From NCBI RefSeq assembly GCF_006345805.1, contig NC_043004.1:71486001-71550000 (forward strand): DNA of 64,000 nucleotides, read 5' to 3'. The notes beneath the pieces are model-generated. The model did no database searches and was not told the origin of the DNA. It was given only the letters and a program-made list of their open reading frames with translations. Source of the stretch: Octopus sinensis (lineage: Eukaryota). Positions 13,339 through 27,188 of the stretch are shown here, piece by piece. The position numbers and the translations under genes are program-made. The first letter of the stretch is position 1. Every line of letters starts with the position of its first letter.

Positions 13339-13468
13339 GATGGGTTTCTTTCAGTTTCCCCTCTACCAAATCTACTCACAAGGCCCTAGTCGGACGGTGT
13401 CATGCAGTGGTACTAAAGCCAGAACCATTTGGTTGGGAATCAGGCTTCTTACCACAGAGCCACTCTGT
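13081..13468 (-). mobile_element. tRNA-derived SINE (octopus type), diverged
   Basis: Reverse-complement match by eye to the SINEs at 29100-29475 and 31548-31945 (internal CA/TA tract, aaaggcggt...gcatggtc...aaatgactgaaac tail). Confidence 0.75.
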
Positions 13469-16400
13469 GTACGTGTGTGTATTTTGTGTGGGTATGTATG
13501 TGTACATACATATAATTACATACAGTCTCGCCTGATATTATGAGCAGGAGAGAATATCCCGGAATTCTCTTTATGGCAATAAGGCACATGGCCTGAAATA
13601 TTGTGTGGAGAGATTTAGTTGATTACATCGACCACAGTGTTCAATTGATACTATTTTATCGACCTCGAGTGGGTTAAAAGCAAAATCGTTCTGGACGGAG
13701 TTTGAACTATGACTGTAACGTTGCACGAAATGTTGCTGAGCGTTTTGTCCGGCGGGCCAACGATTGTGGTAACTCGCCGACCTTGTCAGAAGTAATAAGA
13801 TAACAGAAGCAAGGAAGATTTTACTAACTTTGACATTGCGTGTATTTCATTATAGGTATAATTTTGCTTTGGTTATTGCCTGGATCTGTCTGACACTCGC
13901 CTAGGACATGCACAGTTCTGCTGAATTTTGATTTAGTATAATTTACCAAGGCTGGCAGGTGACATCCACACATCATATCTTTATTGTAACTGAGGTCGCT
14001 GAAATTATAAACAAAACTCTAAGTGAATGTACTTGAGAGGTATAGAGAAGCCGCTGTTGTATTTGACAAGAAAGAAGGATAATATAATTCCAGCAAGAAT
14101 ATAAAAATAACGACATTCATGCTTCGTGCCAGAAGATGTTGATAACAGCAATAAATCGATATGGTTTCAGGTGGAAAGCGAAAATATGTTAAGTTCCTAC
14201 TCTGTTATAGATTATGTCTTGAATAATAAAAGTTAATTTAAACAAGGAGAATATTTAGAACCATGTAAACCGATCCCTTTAAATGATGGATTAGGGTCGG
14301 TTTGGTACCAGAAATTAGATGGGGGCAATTTGGTGCGTCAGGTATTGAGTAAAACATTTTAGACGCAATTTTCTGTCGCTAAAGCCTTGAGTGAAGATGA
14401 ATCAGGAGAGATTTGAACCTATAACAGGAAGGTATTAAAGTAAACTTAACTCACCATCCTGTGTAATAGAGAGAAGAACTGAGTAAATCACAATTTTTTT
14501 TAAAATCGTTGACGCTAAGAAAATGTATTTCACCAGGAGTGAAATATAAGGTAATCATATATCTTATTTTTTGGTTTTAGTTTTTCTTCTTATTCAAATA
14601 CGGCGATAAATATACAAATATTACTATGATAGAAAATATTAAAACTTGCTCAAAAATAAGAATTCATGTTATTATTTTGAAGGAATATCAATTTCTAAAT
14701 TATCAGGGAATTAATTAACTCTACGTAGAATGCAGAGACGATATCTTCTTTAGATGATAGACAATTGAAACTTTTAAGACATGCGTAATATAATAAAACA
14801 TAATCGGTAGACAGTGGACATATTCGAAAGTTTTGAGATGTAGAGGATAAAGAGGATATACGAAATATAGATGGCATTCGATATATATATAACATACTGT
14901 ATATAGCTGATATAGATGATATTGATGGCATGTTGGATATTGACGACATACTGGTTATAAATGGCATTCTGTATATAGATGCAGCACGGATTTTTGTCAG
15001 TGAACAGGTCGCGGTCTTAAAGCGACGAAAATATTTTGACAACTTAAACCTAAATGTTGAAGTGAATAGAACGGCTTTTGTGTGTTTCCTAAATGGCTTA
15101 CAAACACCTTCCACGCTGCAATTGTTTTCGTTTCAGCACACGATCTCAGATCAAATCACTTGCTGTGCAAGTACATCTCTGTATATAGATGACATACATA
15201 GTATCGATGACATGTGGATATAAGTGATATACTAGATATGGAAAATATACAAGTTGCAGATGACAGACGATATACAGACGTAGATGACATACTTGATGAT
15301 ATATTTACTATAGGTGATATACAAAATGTTGATGGTATACTATATTTTTATGTAATCTATAAATACTAGAATGTTTAATAGATATCGTAAAACTTTAAGA
15401 ACTAAATACACCCTCACCTCGACGTACAACCATCCGCCCTTACGACCACAAAATGTAAATGCATCATTCAAGATGTTGTTCGTTGTTATCGTAAGATATA
15501 TGACGAAAAAAGAAAAGAACTATTCAAAACCCAACATGTTCCTCGAAACACCGTCTACCTCAATCCAAGAACAAAACTGTGAAGAATGAACATTTCTTGT
15601 CAGGTAAACTTTTTTCACAGAAACAAGTTTTTTGCAATTGTATGTAAGCGGAATTTCCTTTGTATTAATTTTTACATTAATTTTAGATTGTATTTTTCTT
15701 TAAAGTACAATAGAGTACAAATGCCTTTTTCACTTTATGCACAATAATTATGGATGAAATATTTGTGTTTTATAGCTTTATAATCCGTTGCAATGAAAAT
15801 AGTGTTGACAAATAAATCCGACATACGACCAGATTGACTTACCGTCTGTCGTAAGTCGAGGGCAGGGTGTAATTATATACTATTCCCCTGATAATTTTCG
15901 GCAAATTTTTAACCTAGATTAAAAGTAACTTTACTTTCTCACCCGTTTCATCGCATTTGGTGAGAGACACTAAATCATTCACTAAAACTGTATGTGTAAC
16001 AAAAAAAAATATCAACATGCATTAGTGAAATAAGATAACAGCTGCTCACACAGCAACTGGACACAACCAAAAGGATAAACAGACCTAGATTCAGAAGTGG
16101 CTTTTATCGTTTCAAAGCTATTAACTGCTATATGACATATCTTCTAATTAAACATTTGATCTAACTTTCACGCGCGTAAATAATTCATGTTTTACAGCTA
16201 TTTTTACAACCGATTCAAATTTGTTATAAACTCCATACAGTTTAAGAGTAATGTATATTTTTCGGCACTTGGAATATGGTACGAGGGAATGAATCCTTCA
16301 CTAGAGTTGTATCAAGCCGTCACCACAACTTAGATAAATAAGATTATAGCTGCCTACTCACACAGAGCTGCTTGACACAAATAGCAGACTAAAACAACCC

Positions 16401-16525
16401 ATTCACTTATTGTTCTGTCACATGACAAATCTATAGGACTAAATCTTTCAGCTGACATTTACGCGTGACTATCACAAGATTGTAATAGACGGCCGCAACA
16501 GATAACAGCTCAAAGATCCCCTTAC

Positions 16526-16587
16526 CATACCACTTGACCAGATTCAACCAATCAATCTGTATTTGACTGATTTGAGACGCATACTTT
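16526..16587 (-). CDS. Candidate small exon of the minus-strand gene
   Basis: Acceptor tttacttttatag, donor gtaagg. 62 nt, phase 2 to 1. Reads KYASQISQIQIDWLNLVKWY(D) and is phase-compatible with exon 9735-9826. No homology support. Confidence 0.4.
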
Positions 16588-17150
16588 CTATAAAAGTAAA
16601 CGATTTCTAGGAATATTTCACGACACAGCTCCACGTTTCTCATAAATTACACTTTTGAAAATCAACAAATGTGAAGCCAGTTAAATGTGTATACACAGAA
16701 AACTTCCCATCAGAATACGACTGTGAGGACGTTGGTTATACGTAAGCAAAATTACGTTTGTGATGGACAAGTTGAACATTCTAACGTTATATGTAACGTT
16801 TTACTTTGTTCTACTATCTCAATTTCTGTTTCTTCTGTTTGCTTTGTCTCTCTTTTCTCGCCTTCCCTCTGTCGTTTTCTCCTTCCACTACTAACATTTT
16901 CCTCTGTTTGCTTCTTATCCTTCTACATTCAACCATTCTTTTTCTCTCCCCCCACTACCACATAACCGGTGATCCTTCGCATCTCTCTCATCCATTTCCT
17001 TTTCCCCCTCGCCGTTGGCTCCACCAAAAGTGTACAATATAATAGTTAAAGGCACAAAGATTTTATGATGTCTTAGATGATCACTGATGAAGAATTAGCT
17101 ACGAATTTTCCGTTTGGCGTATCTTTACGTGTATGTATGTAAGTACGTAC

Positions 17151-17205
<55 letters not shown>

Positions 17206-17406
17206 GATAAATCTCAGAGCGAGTTATAAACAGTAGCGGTAACACAACGTGATGCATATATGCCATTTGAATATGGCTAACCCAAAAGGGTGGATGCTAT
17301 TGTAGTTTGTAGCCCCAGGAAGACACCTCCTCCCGCTGGCTATAGACACACTATCTGTGTCCTGTCAGTGAAGGGGAGTCATCCTCCCCGTCTTCAACAC
17401 ATGATA

Positions 17407-17451
17407 CACACGTACCCGAGTTTCAAGGTGTTTACCTTTCATCAGCGTGTG
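17407..17451 (-). ncRNA. Minimal type-I hammerhead ribozyme
   Basis: Minus strand cacacg CUGAUGA aaggu-aaac-accuu GAAAC UCGG GUA cgugug. Confidence 0.8.
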
Positions 17452-17471
17452 ACAATCATGGTTGTTGACGA

Positions 17472-18600
17472 ATTTCTTTATTACGATTATAAAATCATTA
17501 CATAGAAGGACAATACAGGACATACATACAAAAAACAGTTAAGTGGTTCGATTAAAAATTTTCCATAATATTTGGATTATTCATTATACAAAATTTGTAT
17601 TTAAATTGTCCTTTGCATTGACTAATAGAACATTACAACATTACATTAACTTGCGATCTTACCGATATATTTTAAACCCCGGCAACCTATAAGGCCCCGC
17701 AGCTTTTCTTTCCTCTCCTCCATCCATAGTTAAGCTGGGTTTCTGACACCCACCTTTTTTGCCACTTCCTTCCATCTTTTTTCATACACACCTCGTGGTA
17801 AGATCTTCTTTTCCAGCCCCATTTTGCTCTTCAGATGATATCTGAAGTAAGTGAGCAAGCCGGGGCCTGAGACAAAGGATCCTATTGCGACTCCTTCCAT
17901 TCTTGTACGCCACATGCATTCTTTTACTACTGCAACCGTGCAGTGAAAACATGCCTCGCCTTCCTTCGGGAGTCCAGTTGGCGGTATCATCTTAATCATA
18001 GACTCAGCCGACAGCTGTACTCGTCCCAGATGCGATAACACGTGTTCTGCGTAACTTATCAAGTCTGACAACTTCCGACAGTGTACAAAAGCGTGCTGGA
18101 CGGTGTCATCGTCCAACACGCATCTTGGACACGTCGGTGGCACTGAAATTCCGTGCCGCGATAACTTCTCGCGAACAGGTAAAGCATTCCTATAACACTG
18201 CCAGGCCAGGGATCTTTGGAAGTTATCCAAATACCCCGTCCTGAAAGTCTTTTTAAACAGGTTGGTAAGCTGGTCTTCGTCAAACACCAGAGCCCCTCCT
18301 AGGACGTCGTCGTTCTTTGCCTCTACCAGCCTGCTATAAAATACCGAGGTGGTATTTCCGCAGCCGGCCTTGTCCGCCTTGTGGATCAGCGTGAGTGCCT
18401 GTCGGCACTTCTTTTGCCATAAAGTCAGATTCCGTCTTTTGATGTGACCGGATTTAAAATTCACTAAGGAAGCCGGTCTCGGGAAAAGTTCCCCTGCCAG
18501 CGGACTCCACACCTTATCACCCTCCAGGTGGTGCCAGAGATGCTTCAGCCTCAACGCATGCCTGCGCATCATCAACCAAGGCATTCCTAACCCAGATTCC
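17472..18600 (-). mobile_element. 5'-truncated L1/Tx1-clade LINE (ORF2 C-terminus with zinc-knuckle, plus 3' UTR)
   Basis: Open ORF 17730-18605: GGLGMP-like start, AWQCYRNALPVREKL, CPRC...DTVQHAFVHC. The 3' UTR ends aataaagaaat. Confidence 0.85.
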
Positions 18601-18867
18601 TTCACAAATACATATACTTTTTCCAGTGTCGATATGACACTGATATTGAAAAAGTGAAATCAAACAATGATAAATCTCAGAGCGAGTTATAAACAGTAGC
18701 GGTAACACAATGTGATGCATATATGCCATTTGAATATGGCTAACCCAAAAGGGTGGATGCTTTATCATTGTTTGATTTCACTTTTTCAATATCAGTGTCA
18801 TATCGACACTGGAAAAAGTATATGTATTTGTGAAAGAATCTGACTTCTCGTCGACAAACATGTTTGT

Positions 18868-18912
18868 CACACGCTGATGAAAGGTAAACACCTTGAAACT
18901 CGGGTACGTGTG
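18868..18912 (+). ncRNA. Minimal type-I hammerhead ribozyme (inverted-arm copy)
   Basis: cacacg CTGATGA aaggt aaac acctt GAAAC TCGG GTA cgtgtg, identical to 17407-17451. Confidence 0.8.
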
Positions 18913-19074
18913 TATCATGTGTTGAAGACGGGGAGGATGACTCCCCTTCACAAATACTGACAGGACACATATAGTGTGTCTATAGCCAGCGGGAGGAGGT
19001 GTCTTCCTGGGGCTACAAACTACAATAGCATCCACCCTTTTGGGTTAGCCATATTCAAATGGCATATATGCATC

Positions 19075-19147
<73 letters not shown>

Positions 19148-19289
19148 CGGTTTAAGTAATTGAGATTCAAGTGAATTCTAATGAATTCACATGAATATGG
19201 TCCTTAACTAGGATGCACCGGAAATCTATATGGTCTTAACCATACGACAAGTGGGGTGATTACAAATAGGAAAATAGCAACAAGAATGG

Positions 19290-22200
19290 ATTAAAATCTC
19301 GGTACAATTGTTTCGTACGAGGACATCTTTAATAAGCTACAAAAAATGCAGTAAATACAGATGGCTCGTACTCGTCAGCCGAAAAAACATCAGAGAATTC
19401 CCAAACATCAAAAGGGGTAGATACCAAAGAGGGTGTAAGATTAACTGCATTGAAGAAAGTTCGATTCCTGGAGATCCGATGAAAGGTCTTAAACTTACAG
19501 AATTTGTGCATGTCTATATATAGCTCATATTGAATTGCTAATCAAGTTATGTGAAGAAATTTCGGATACAGTCATGCGAAATTTCTGAAAATCCGAGTCA
19601 GAAGCAAAGTGACTGTCATATCGTGTAGAGGAAAATCTGAGTAAGAAGCAAAATTGCTGTCATATCGTGTAGAGGAACAGATTGTTATTGAAATTTATAA
19701 GAATCGCAGATAAGTTCGATTCTTGGAGATCCGATAAAAAGTCTTGAACTTACAGAATATGTGCATGTCCTTATAGTTCATAATCCAGTTATGTGAAGAA
19801 GTTTTGGGTACAATCATGCGAAAATATCAGGGAATCCGAATGAGAAGCAAAATGACAGTCTTATTCTGTAGAGGGGCAGATTGTTATTGAAAATTTACAA
19901 GAATCACAGAGGGAGGAGGAAGGAAGTAGAATTTAATCAGTTACTGCTATTAATGCTATCAAAGAGAAGGGAACGGGAAGCTAAGGGGATGGACACAAGT
20001 TGATACTATAAGAAAATCTAAGCTTGTTTGGTGCAAAATTCGAACTGAGGTCAACAATTTATTTCTTTATTTATAAATGTTACTATTAATAGATTGTCGG
20101 GTTACAATGAGAGGTCATTAGAAAGGAAAGAAAATAGGGGTTGTTTTTTAATGAAACCAAACAATTATATTATTATTATACTATATTATATTATATTATA
20201 TTATATTATAATACATTACAATAGGTTTGGGATTAGCAGAATTAATTATTAGTGTAAAAGAAACTAAGAGATTTAACTAACTAATTTTTTGTATATGGGT
20301 TAAAGTGAAATAGACTAAGAAATGGAGATAAAAATAGAGCAAAATTTAAATTATTTATATAGTCTAATAGAAATAAATCAAATAATTTAAGTATTAAATA
20401 GTACAATTAGAGAGAGAATATAATCATAGCTAGTTAGATCGTATCTGTCTAGTTAAATATATAATGTATTATGTAGGAGTAATGTATAAATCAAAGTGAT
20501 TTTATACAAAGTGATTTTAATATACAGTTGTCAATTAAAATATCATTAAAAATATTTAAGAGTCTTAGTTCGAGCGTGTATACAAGATTTTCCAAGTTCA
20601 ATTCTGCTGTTTAATGAAATTTCTCTATTTTTACTATACATTAGTATTTCAAATGTTTCCATGGAGCAAAGTTGACAACCTACTCTGCTATTTTTATAGG
20701 GTATTGCTCTTCTGACTAATTCCCAATTAAGGTTATATTTGATATTATTGTTTTTTAGTTCCCAAATTTTACTAGAAGAGTGGTACTATCAGCTTTATGA
20801 CGTAATTTGAAGGAGGAAAGTTGGTTATTCAATCTCTTTTTAAAATTTACAGTATATCCAACATAAGTGAATTTATTATTATCTGTGGTTATGGAGCATT
20901 TGTAGATTATGTTATTTAACCCGCATAAACCAGGTGCCGGGCATTTAGATTTAATTCTGCAGTTACATCTAGGCGAATTATAATTAGAAGTGGAATAACT
21001 TGATGATAGAAGTCTCATACTATTGTTGCTCGAAGCAGTGCGGGTAAATTTATCATGATTTTGATTATTGTTATTATCTAAAAAAAACTCTATCATTATT
21101 GTAGTTAATATTATTATCTAAAATAGTATTATCATTTATTGGCATTCCTACATTTTCATTTGGTTCTAAAGCCCTACCTTCATTATTAATATTATTGGTG
21201 CTGTTATCTAAAATAATGTTATCATTATTGTAGTTAATGTTATTACCTAAAGTAGTATTATCATTTATCGGTATTCCTACACTATCATTTGGTTCTATAA
21301 CCCTACCATCATTATTGATATTGTTGATGCTGTTAGTATTGTTGTCGGTATTGTTTTCCAAATGTGTAGTGTTGTTGCTGATAACATTGTTGTCCTCATT
21401 CACTGTACTTACATTCCTGGTATAATTCCTATTATTAACATAATCATTCCTATTTATGTTATTATTGTTGTTAACAATTCTATAGCTATTGGTTATATTT
21501 ATTATATGACATTCCTTCTTATTATTGTTGCAATTATTACTTTCAGTACTGTTATTACAATTTTCCATTGTATTTTTATTTTTATTGATTAAATTTTTTC
21601 TGGCTAGTTTTATGTTATTATTATTGATCTTAGCTATTAAAGTGAACATATTTGGGAGGGTTGAATAAGAAATTCTTACTGTTTTTTTAGAAATAATTTT
21701 ATGATATCTATGAGAGGATGGGAAATTTTTTTCTAGAATTGTTTTGAATCTACTCTGAATATCTGATGAAACCGCACAGTTAAAAGGGATGTTTAGCCAT
21801 ATTATGTCTTTCTTATTAAATTTCCTAGAATTTGAGTTAGGGCTGTTAGAATTTTTCCCACTAGAGTTAGGGTTGTTAGAATTATTTCTACCATCATCAG
21901 ATTCTTTGTATTTATTAATGTTCTTGTTAGCATGTTTATTAGTTTTATCCAAGTTTATTTTCTCCTTATTACAAGTGTTCACTGTTATGTTTTTATTAAT
22001 GTTCTTAATATCATTAGGATATTTTGCCGTTGTAAATCTATTTCTACTATCATTTCTGGCTTGGTCATTATTGTTGTCTACGTTACTAATTGTATGTTTC
22101 TTAATTTTATTTAAGGTTGTCTTATCAGGGTTATCTATGTTATGGTCTATGTATTTATCCTTGTACTTATTATCATTACGATTAGATGTTGTATTAGATC

Positions 22201-23780
22201 CACATCTACGTATCTTTTCGGCTTGATCGTTTTTGTTGTTTATGTGGTTATTGCTATTTAAATTACTTAAATTATTATGAGTTTGTAAGTTTTCCGTATC
22301 AACAAATGTAATATTTTGGTTATATCCTGCTCTAGATAACGTCTCATTGTAATGTCCTGAGTGTGAGTTAAATATATTAAAATTAGACGATAATTTGGAT
22401 ATTCTCATGGAAATATTTCTAAGGAATTAATAATATTTGGGGGATGATTAGATAATTTACTTACGTAACTAGTGATTTCACCTTCTTTTCTAAATGGATA
22501 ATGTAATTTGGAGTTAAGGTCTAAAGTAATATCTAGAAAATTAGCTATTTTAATGCTTGGTTCGTAGGTTATGCTAAGGTTGAAATCTTTAAAAAACCTA
22601 TTAATTTTCTTTTTGATTCTTTCTATGTGTGATTTATTATTGGTATGGACAACAAACAAAGCATCATCTCTATATAAACCACCTTGCAATTCAGGGATCT
22701 CCTTCTTTATGCATTTCAGTAGATATGCTCCTACTAAATTGGTTACCTCAGCCGAATCACTTGAGCCCATAGGAATATCGAAATAGTTAGGGGTATCAGC
22801 TCTGGTCCATAATTTTCCCTCAAACTCAATAAATGTTTTTCTAGCTAAAAGTATAATGTCTATTTCCTCTTTAGATATGAGGGAGCGATTCATCGCGAAT
22901 ATAAGCGATTTATTTAATATGATAGGGGAAATGCTAGAGTAGTAGTTATTTATGTCGAATTGAATGAAGGCTAGATTATTAGTATTAGTTAGGGAATTAA
23001 ACCATTTAAGAACCTCATCGGTATTTATCCACAGGCTTAAGGGAAGAAGTGGGGTTATTTGGGGTAAGATATTATCTAGGATAGATTTACTAAGTCGGCC
23101 AATATCCGACTTAGTTGGACAAATAAGTCTTACCGACGGATTTTCTAAGAAATTCTTTTCATGGTCCTTAAGATTAATCCTAGGTTCGCACGGTACAATT
23201 GGTTCAGTTCTGTCTGTTAGATCATATCTCTCCATAATAGCTTTCATTTCTAAGTTAGTTTCCTTCAATTTTCTCTTGGTAGTAGTTTTGTATTTGGAGT
23301 TAAGCTCCTTGTTAATTAGGTTGCTGTAGAGTGTATAGTCTACTCTATAAAAATTGCCAGTTTTGTCAGCTGGTACTAGTATTCCTTGCTTGTTTCGGGT
23401 CGATTTTATAAATTTACTGAGATGCTTGAGGTGGTGATTGTATCTTAACGGGTGATCCTTGAATTTAATTCTTTCTATGAGGTTGAGTAGATCTTTTTCA
23501 AAATTATCAAGGAGTGAATTTGGAGGTGGACTCTTTCTGCTTCTAAATATTCTGTCGAACTTCTTATTGGTAATCCTTTGTTGCGTATTCTTTCTATGCT
23601 TGATATCGAAGTGGTATGTTCTCCATCTAATCCTTCTAATGAAGTCATTTATCCTGTGAATGAGTAGCCAATAATACTCGTCTTTACTATGGAGGGGGAT
23701 GTCTTTAGGGGAAAATTCGATGTTTATTTTTTCCATTCTTGCTGATTAGCAATTCAATATGAGCTATATATAGTTAGTAA
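19290..23780 (-). mobile_element. Near full-length Penelope-like element (Penelope/Poseidon type): RT, Asn-rich linker, GIY-YIG endonuclease; frameshifted
   Basis: RT 22405-23736 (FDINNYY, IPMGS, YRDD). Thumb and linker 21074-22408. Endonuclease 20546-21096 (CNC...CP..G.C, NIIYKC...YVG...FKKR, CQLC..E...I...LNSR.E...CIH). About three frameshifts. The 3' region holds tandem repeats at 19458-19912 and a hammerhead. Confidence 0.9.
19299..19382 (-). ncRNA. Type-I hammerhead ribozyme with extended stem II, downstream of the Penelope ORF
   Basis: Minus strand ucgg CUGACGA guacgag...cucguac GAAAC AAUU GUA ccga. 7-bp stem II closed by G10.1-C11.1, and a palindromic stem-III loop. Confidence 0.85.
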
Positions 23781-23823
23781 TACCAGCGATTATAATTATT
23801 TTAATTTTATCGCAATTTGATTT

Positions 23824-23872
<49 letters not shown>

Positions 23873-24458
23873 GGCTTTTATTTTAACCGTTAAGTTCATA
23901 TTTTAAAATTTAATGAAATAATCCTCATCGACATTGCGAGTGTCAATAAACTGTTGGTATTATTCCCTATTTAAAAGCAATCTAGGTAATAATCCAGGGG
24001 GACGATATGGCTGCTTAAACACATAAAATATTTATGCTACAACAGCTTAGAAGAAGATACAAAATATACCTGTAACAAATCAATCAGCAATTGATTGTAA
24101 TTATAAATTTTTTTTCGTTAGCTTAATATTACTAATTGAGCAGTCTATGTCTCACCTTTACAATATTACGTGGACATTACTTGCTTGAACATGTTACTTC
24201 TCGTATATTCACAAGCATCTTTTCCTATTCTTTATATTCCCTCTACATGAGAGTTGGTCAAGGACGCGTCAGATTTGTCATCATTCTTTGTCAAACGATC
24301 TTTCATGAAAATACATGCATATACATACACCGACATCCATAGATACAAAGTTACAAACACAAAATCACAAACATATATGTATATATATATGAATATATAT
24401 CTATCTATCTATATATATATATATATATAGATAGATAGATAGATATATATATATATTT

Positions 24459-24518
<60 letters not shown>

Positions 24519-24562
24519 ATGTATATATGTATATAAATATCTATATCTATACTATCTCTCTA

Positions 24563-24637
<75 letters not shown>

Positions 24638-24661
24638 GTATATAAATATCTATATCTATAC

Positions 24662-24732
<71 letters not shown>

Positions 24733-24832
24733 TGTGTGTGTGTGTGTAGTCACTTTAGTGACATTTGCACTCGTGCCTTTTAGTTTTTAAATTGCAGATA
24801 GCTACATTAATAGTTTATAATTCTCACTTTAC

Positions 24833-24924
24833 CTGTTCATCGAACCAGCAAGTGATTCTACCAGTATTTTCTATAGACTGACGAGGCGAGTTCCATTCAA
24901 CCCCAGGCAATATAGGAAATGTTG
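24833..24924 (-). CDS. Candidate exon of the minus-strand gene
   Basis: Weak acceptor (aatcgtcatcag), good donor CAG|gtaaag. 92 nt, phase 1 to 0. Reads TFPILPGVEWNSPRQSIENTGRITCWFDEQ. No homology support. Confidence 0.3.
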
Positions 24925-26188
24925 CTGATGACGATTAACTCTATCCGAAAACTTGAAGATTTTACACTCCCCACTTACTTAAAGGAAGTTTGGTTTTCCT
25001 TGGCAATCAGTAGATAAGTACTTTCCCGTGGCTAAGAGTTATTTTGACTCCTATTTCTAGCAATTCTGGTGCTGATTTGCACCCTTAGCCACTTTAGTAG
25101 CTTTTATACATACCATTTAAAACATCCTTATAAGCTGCTCTCGAGTTTAAAATGTTGTTTTGAATGGTTAAGTAACAGATTATTATGAATATATATGGAA
25201 GACTGCTAAGTTAACGCTGCCTCCAACGTAATTGTGAGTTTAAAATCAGACATGCAACTCCAAATCTTTTTGTCAGATATGTTATTATTTATTAAAATTA
25301 TTACATCTTAATGCAACAGAAATGGCTAGAAAATATCCAAAATATTCAAATGTGTCTCAACAAACTCAGCTAGTTGAAAATAAAATTTCTGAGACAAATT
25401 CAATAAAATGTATTTGGGAAATAAATCATTCATATAAGTTTACGAATATGAAAGAATATGTAATTTATTTTATGGACAATCAAGTTTCAACTAATTAATT
25501 TGGATGTGTGCACACGTAGGTACATTGAAGGATATACACACATGGAGTAGTAGACAATGAAAAACGTTCACTGGTTTGCTTCAGCCAGCATGTAAGAAAG
25601 GCAGACGATAAATTTAGTCTTTTAGAATGTAACAAAAGAGAAAAAAATAGTGTTTAAAAAATGAGAGCAAAAATACGGTGCGTGTGAATTAGAACTTTAT
25701 TTAAAATTCCTGTATAAATTATAATATTCAAAAGAAAAAAATATGCAAATGCACTTAAATAACAAAACTTCTATGTTATAAATTGTTTTTTGTCTCAGAC
25801 GTCAAATACATATCTAATATACATAATTGTCAAGGACATAGAAATGTGTAGCTCGTCTTCTAATGGACAACGAGAAAAATATAGTAAACAATATCATATC
25901 ACACACATGAGAGGAATAAAGTTTAAAACAAAAATCGAAGCAATGGAATATGGTAGGAATCAGTGCTTTGCTTAATTATTTGAAGTATTAGTTTTCGAAA
26001 AGGAAAGGTCGTGGGTGGGACGGTGAATGGGAGTATTTCAAGCATAGCCTAGTAGCTATCGAATGAAAAGGAATGTGTAGAGTTAACAAGTGCTTGTAGT
26101 ATAGTAAAGTCGATTTACATGACTTATTTATTTCAACAAATTATTATTCTAATATATATGTATATATATATATATATATAGATTATAA

Positions 26189-26251
<63 letters not shown>

Positions 26252-26739
26252 CGTTTACCAAAATATTTCGTCTCGGGTCTGGTGAAGTAGTGCGAAAGAT
26301 CATATAGAAAATGTGCAACAAAATATCCTGATATTTAAGAAAATATATGATTATCATAAACGATAAAATATTTTTTTAGTCGAGAGAAGAATTATTTCAG
26401 ATTAAATCTCTTTGAAAATATGTGTTTTAGAGGTTTCCGTCGCTGGACTGTAGCCATGATAGGATGGTGCCTACAAGTGTTAGTCGATCTCGTCGGTTTC
26501 AGCGAGACACCCATTTTATCGTTCTCAGTTTGTGAAATACTTAAATTAATCAGCATAAGGGACACAAAATAAAAATCAATGGATTTTAAACCTACGAAAA
26601 TCTAGTCATATACTTGCATATGAATATGTAACCACATATATAAGCATGCTTACATTTACACCCACACACCTACACGCATACACATGCGTATACATTATTT
26701 ACATACATATCAACATACAGATGTATGCATGTCACATAC

Positions 26740-26774
<35 letters not shown>

Positions 26775-26945
26775 TATATATAATATATATATGTAAGAAG
26801 GTGAATGAATTATCCTAGTATGGATAATTCGGTTAACCGATACCTGGGTAGCAAATTCACGTCAGAAAACACAGTTGAAGCTATATGCCAAGGGCAGGGA
26901 TCCCGTGTTCTCGTGTGTAAGTTTGTGTGTTTTTTTTAACTATGA

Positions 26946-27188
26946 ATAAATGAAAGTATGGAGTCGAACGACGATTTTAACAAAATTCCTTTACTCTGGA
27001 CATCATGTGGGCAGTCATCTAAAAGTTTTTGCTCTTTATGGTGCTGACGTAAGTTCCTTGTCTTTCCTGATGAGATGGCGGCATAATGCACCCTTTATTC
27101 TTTCCGAATTAGGAATATGCAGCCTTCGAAACATGTGTCGAGAGTAAAGGAATTTTGTTAAAATCGTCGTTCGACTCCATTCTTTCAT

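Larger units (their letters stand above)
17204..19075 (-). mobile_element. (TA)n-flanked hammerhead element: about 350-bp unit plus partial tandem copy plus inverted arm, interrupted by a Tx1 LINE
   Basis: 17204-17471 joined to 18593-18673 is the reverse complement of 18761-19075. 18667-18760 repeats the unit start. Both ends abut (TA)n. Confidence 0.85.

Noticed and set aside
14840-15350. ORFs 14695-15114 and 14930-15223
   Set aside because: They derive from a degenerate tagatgacata-type minisatellite, with no domain motif or splice signals.
25114-25200. Hydrophobic signal-peptide-like reading (SLPYIFIIICYLTIQ) ending at a gtatgt donor
   Set aside because: In-frame stop just upstream, no ATG and a poor acceptor.
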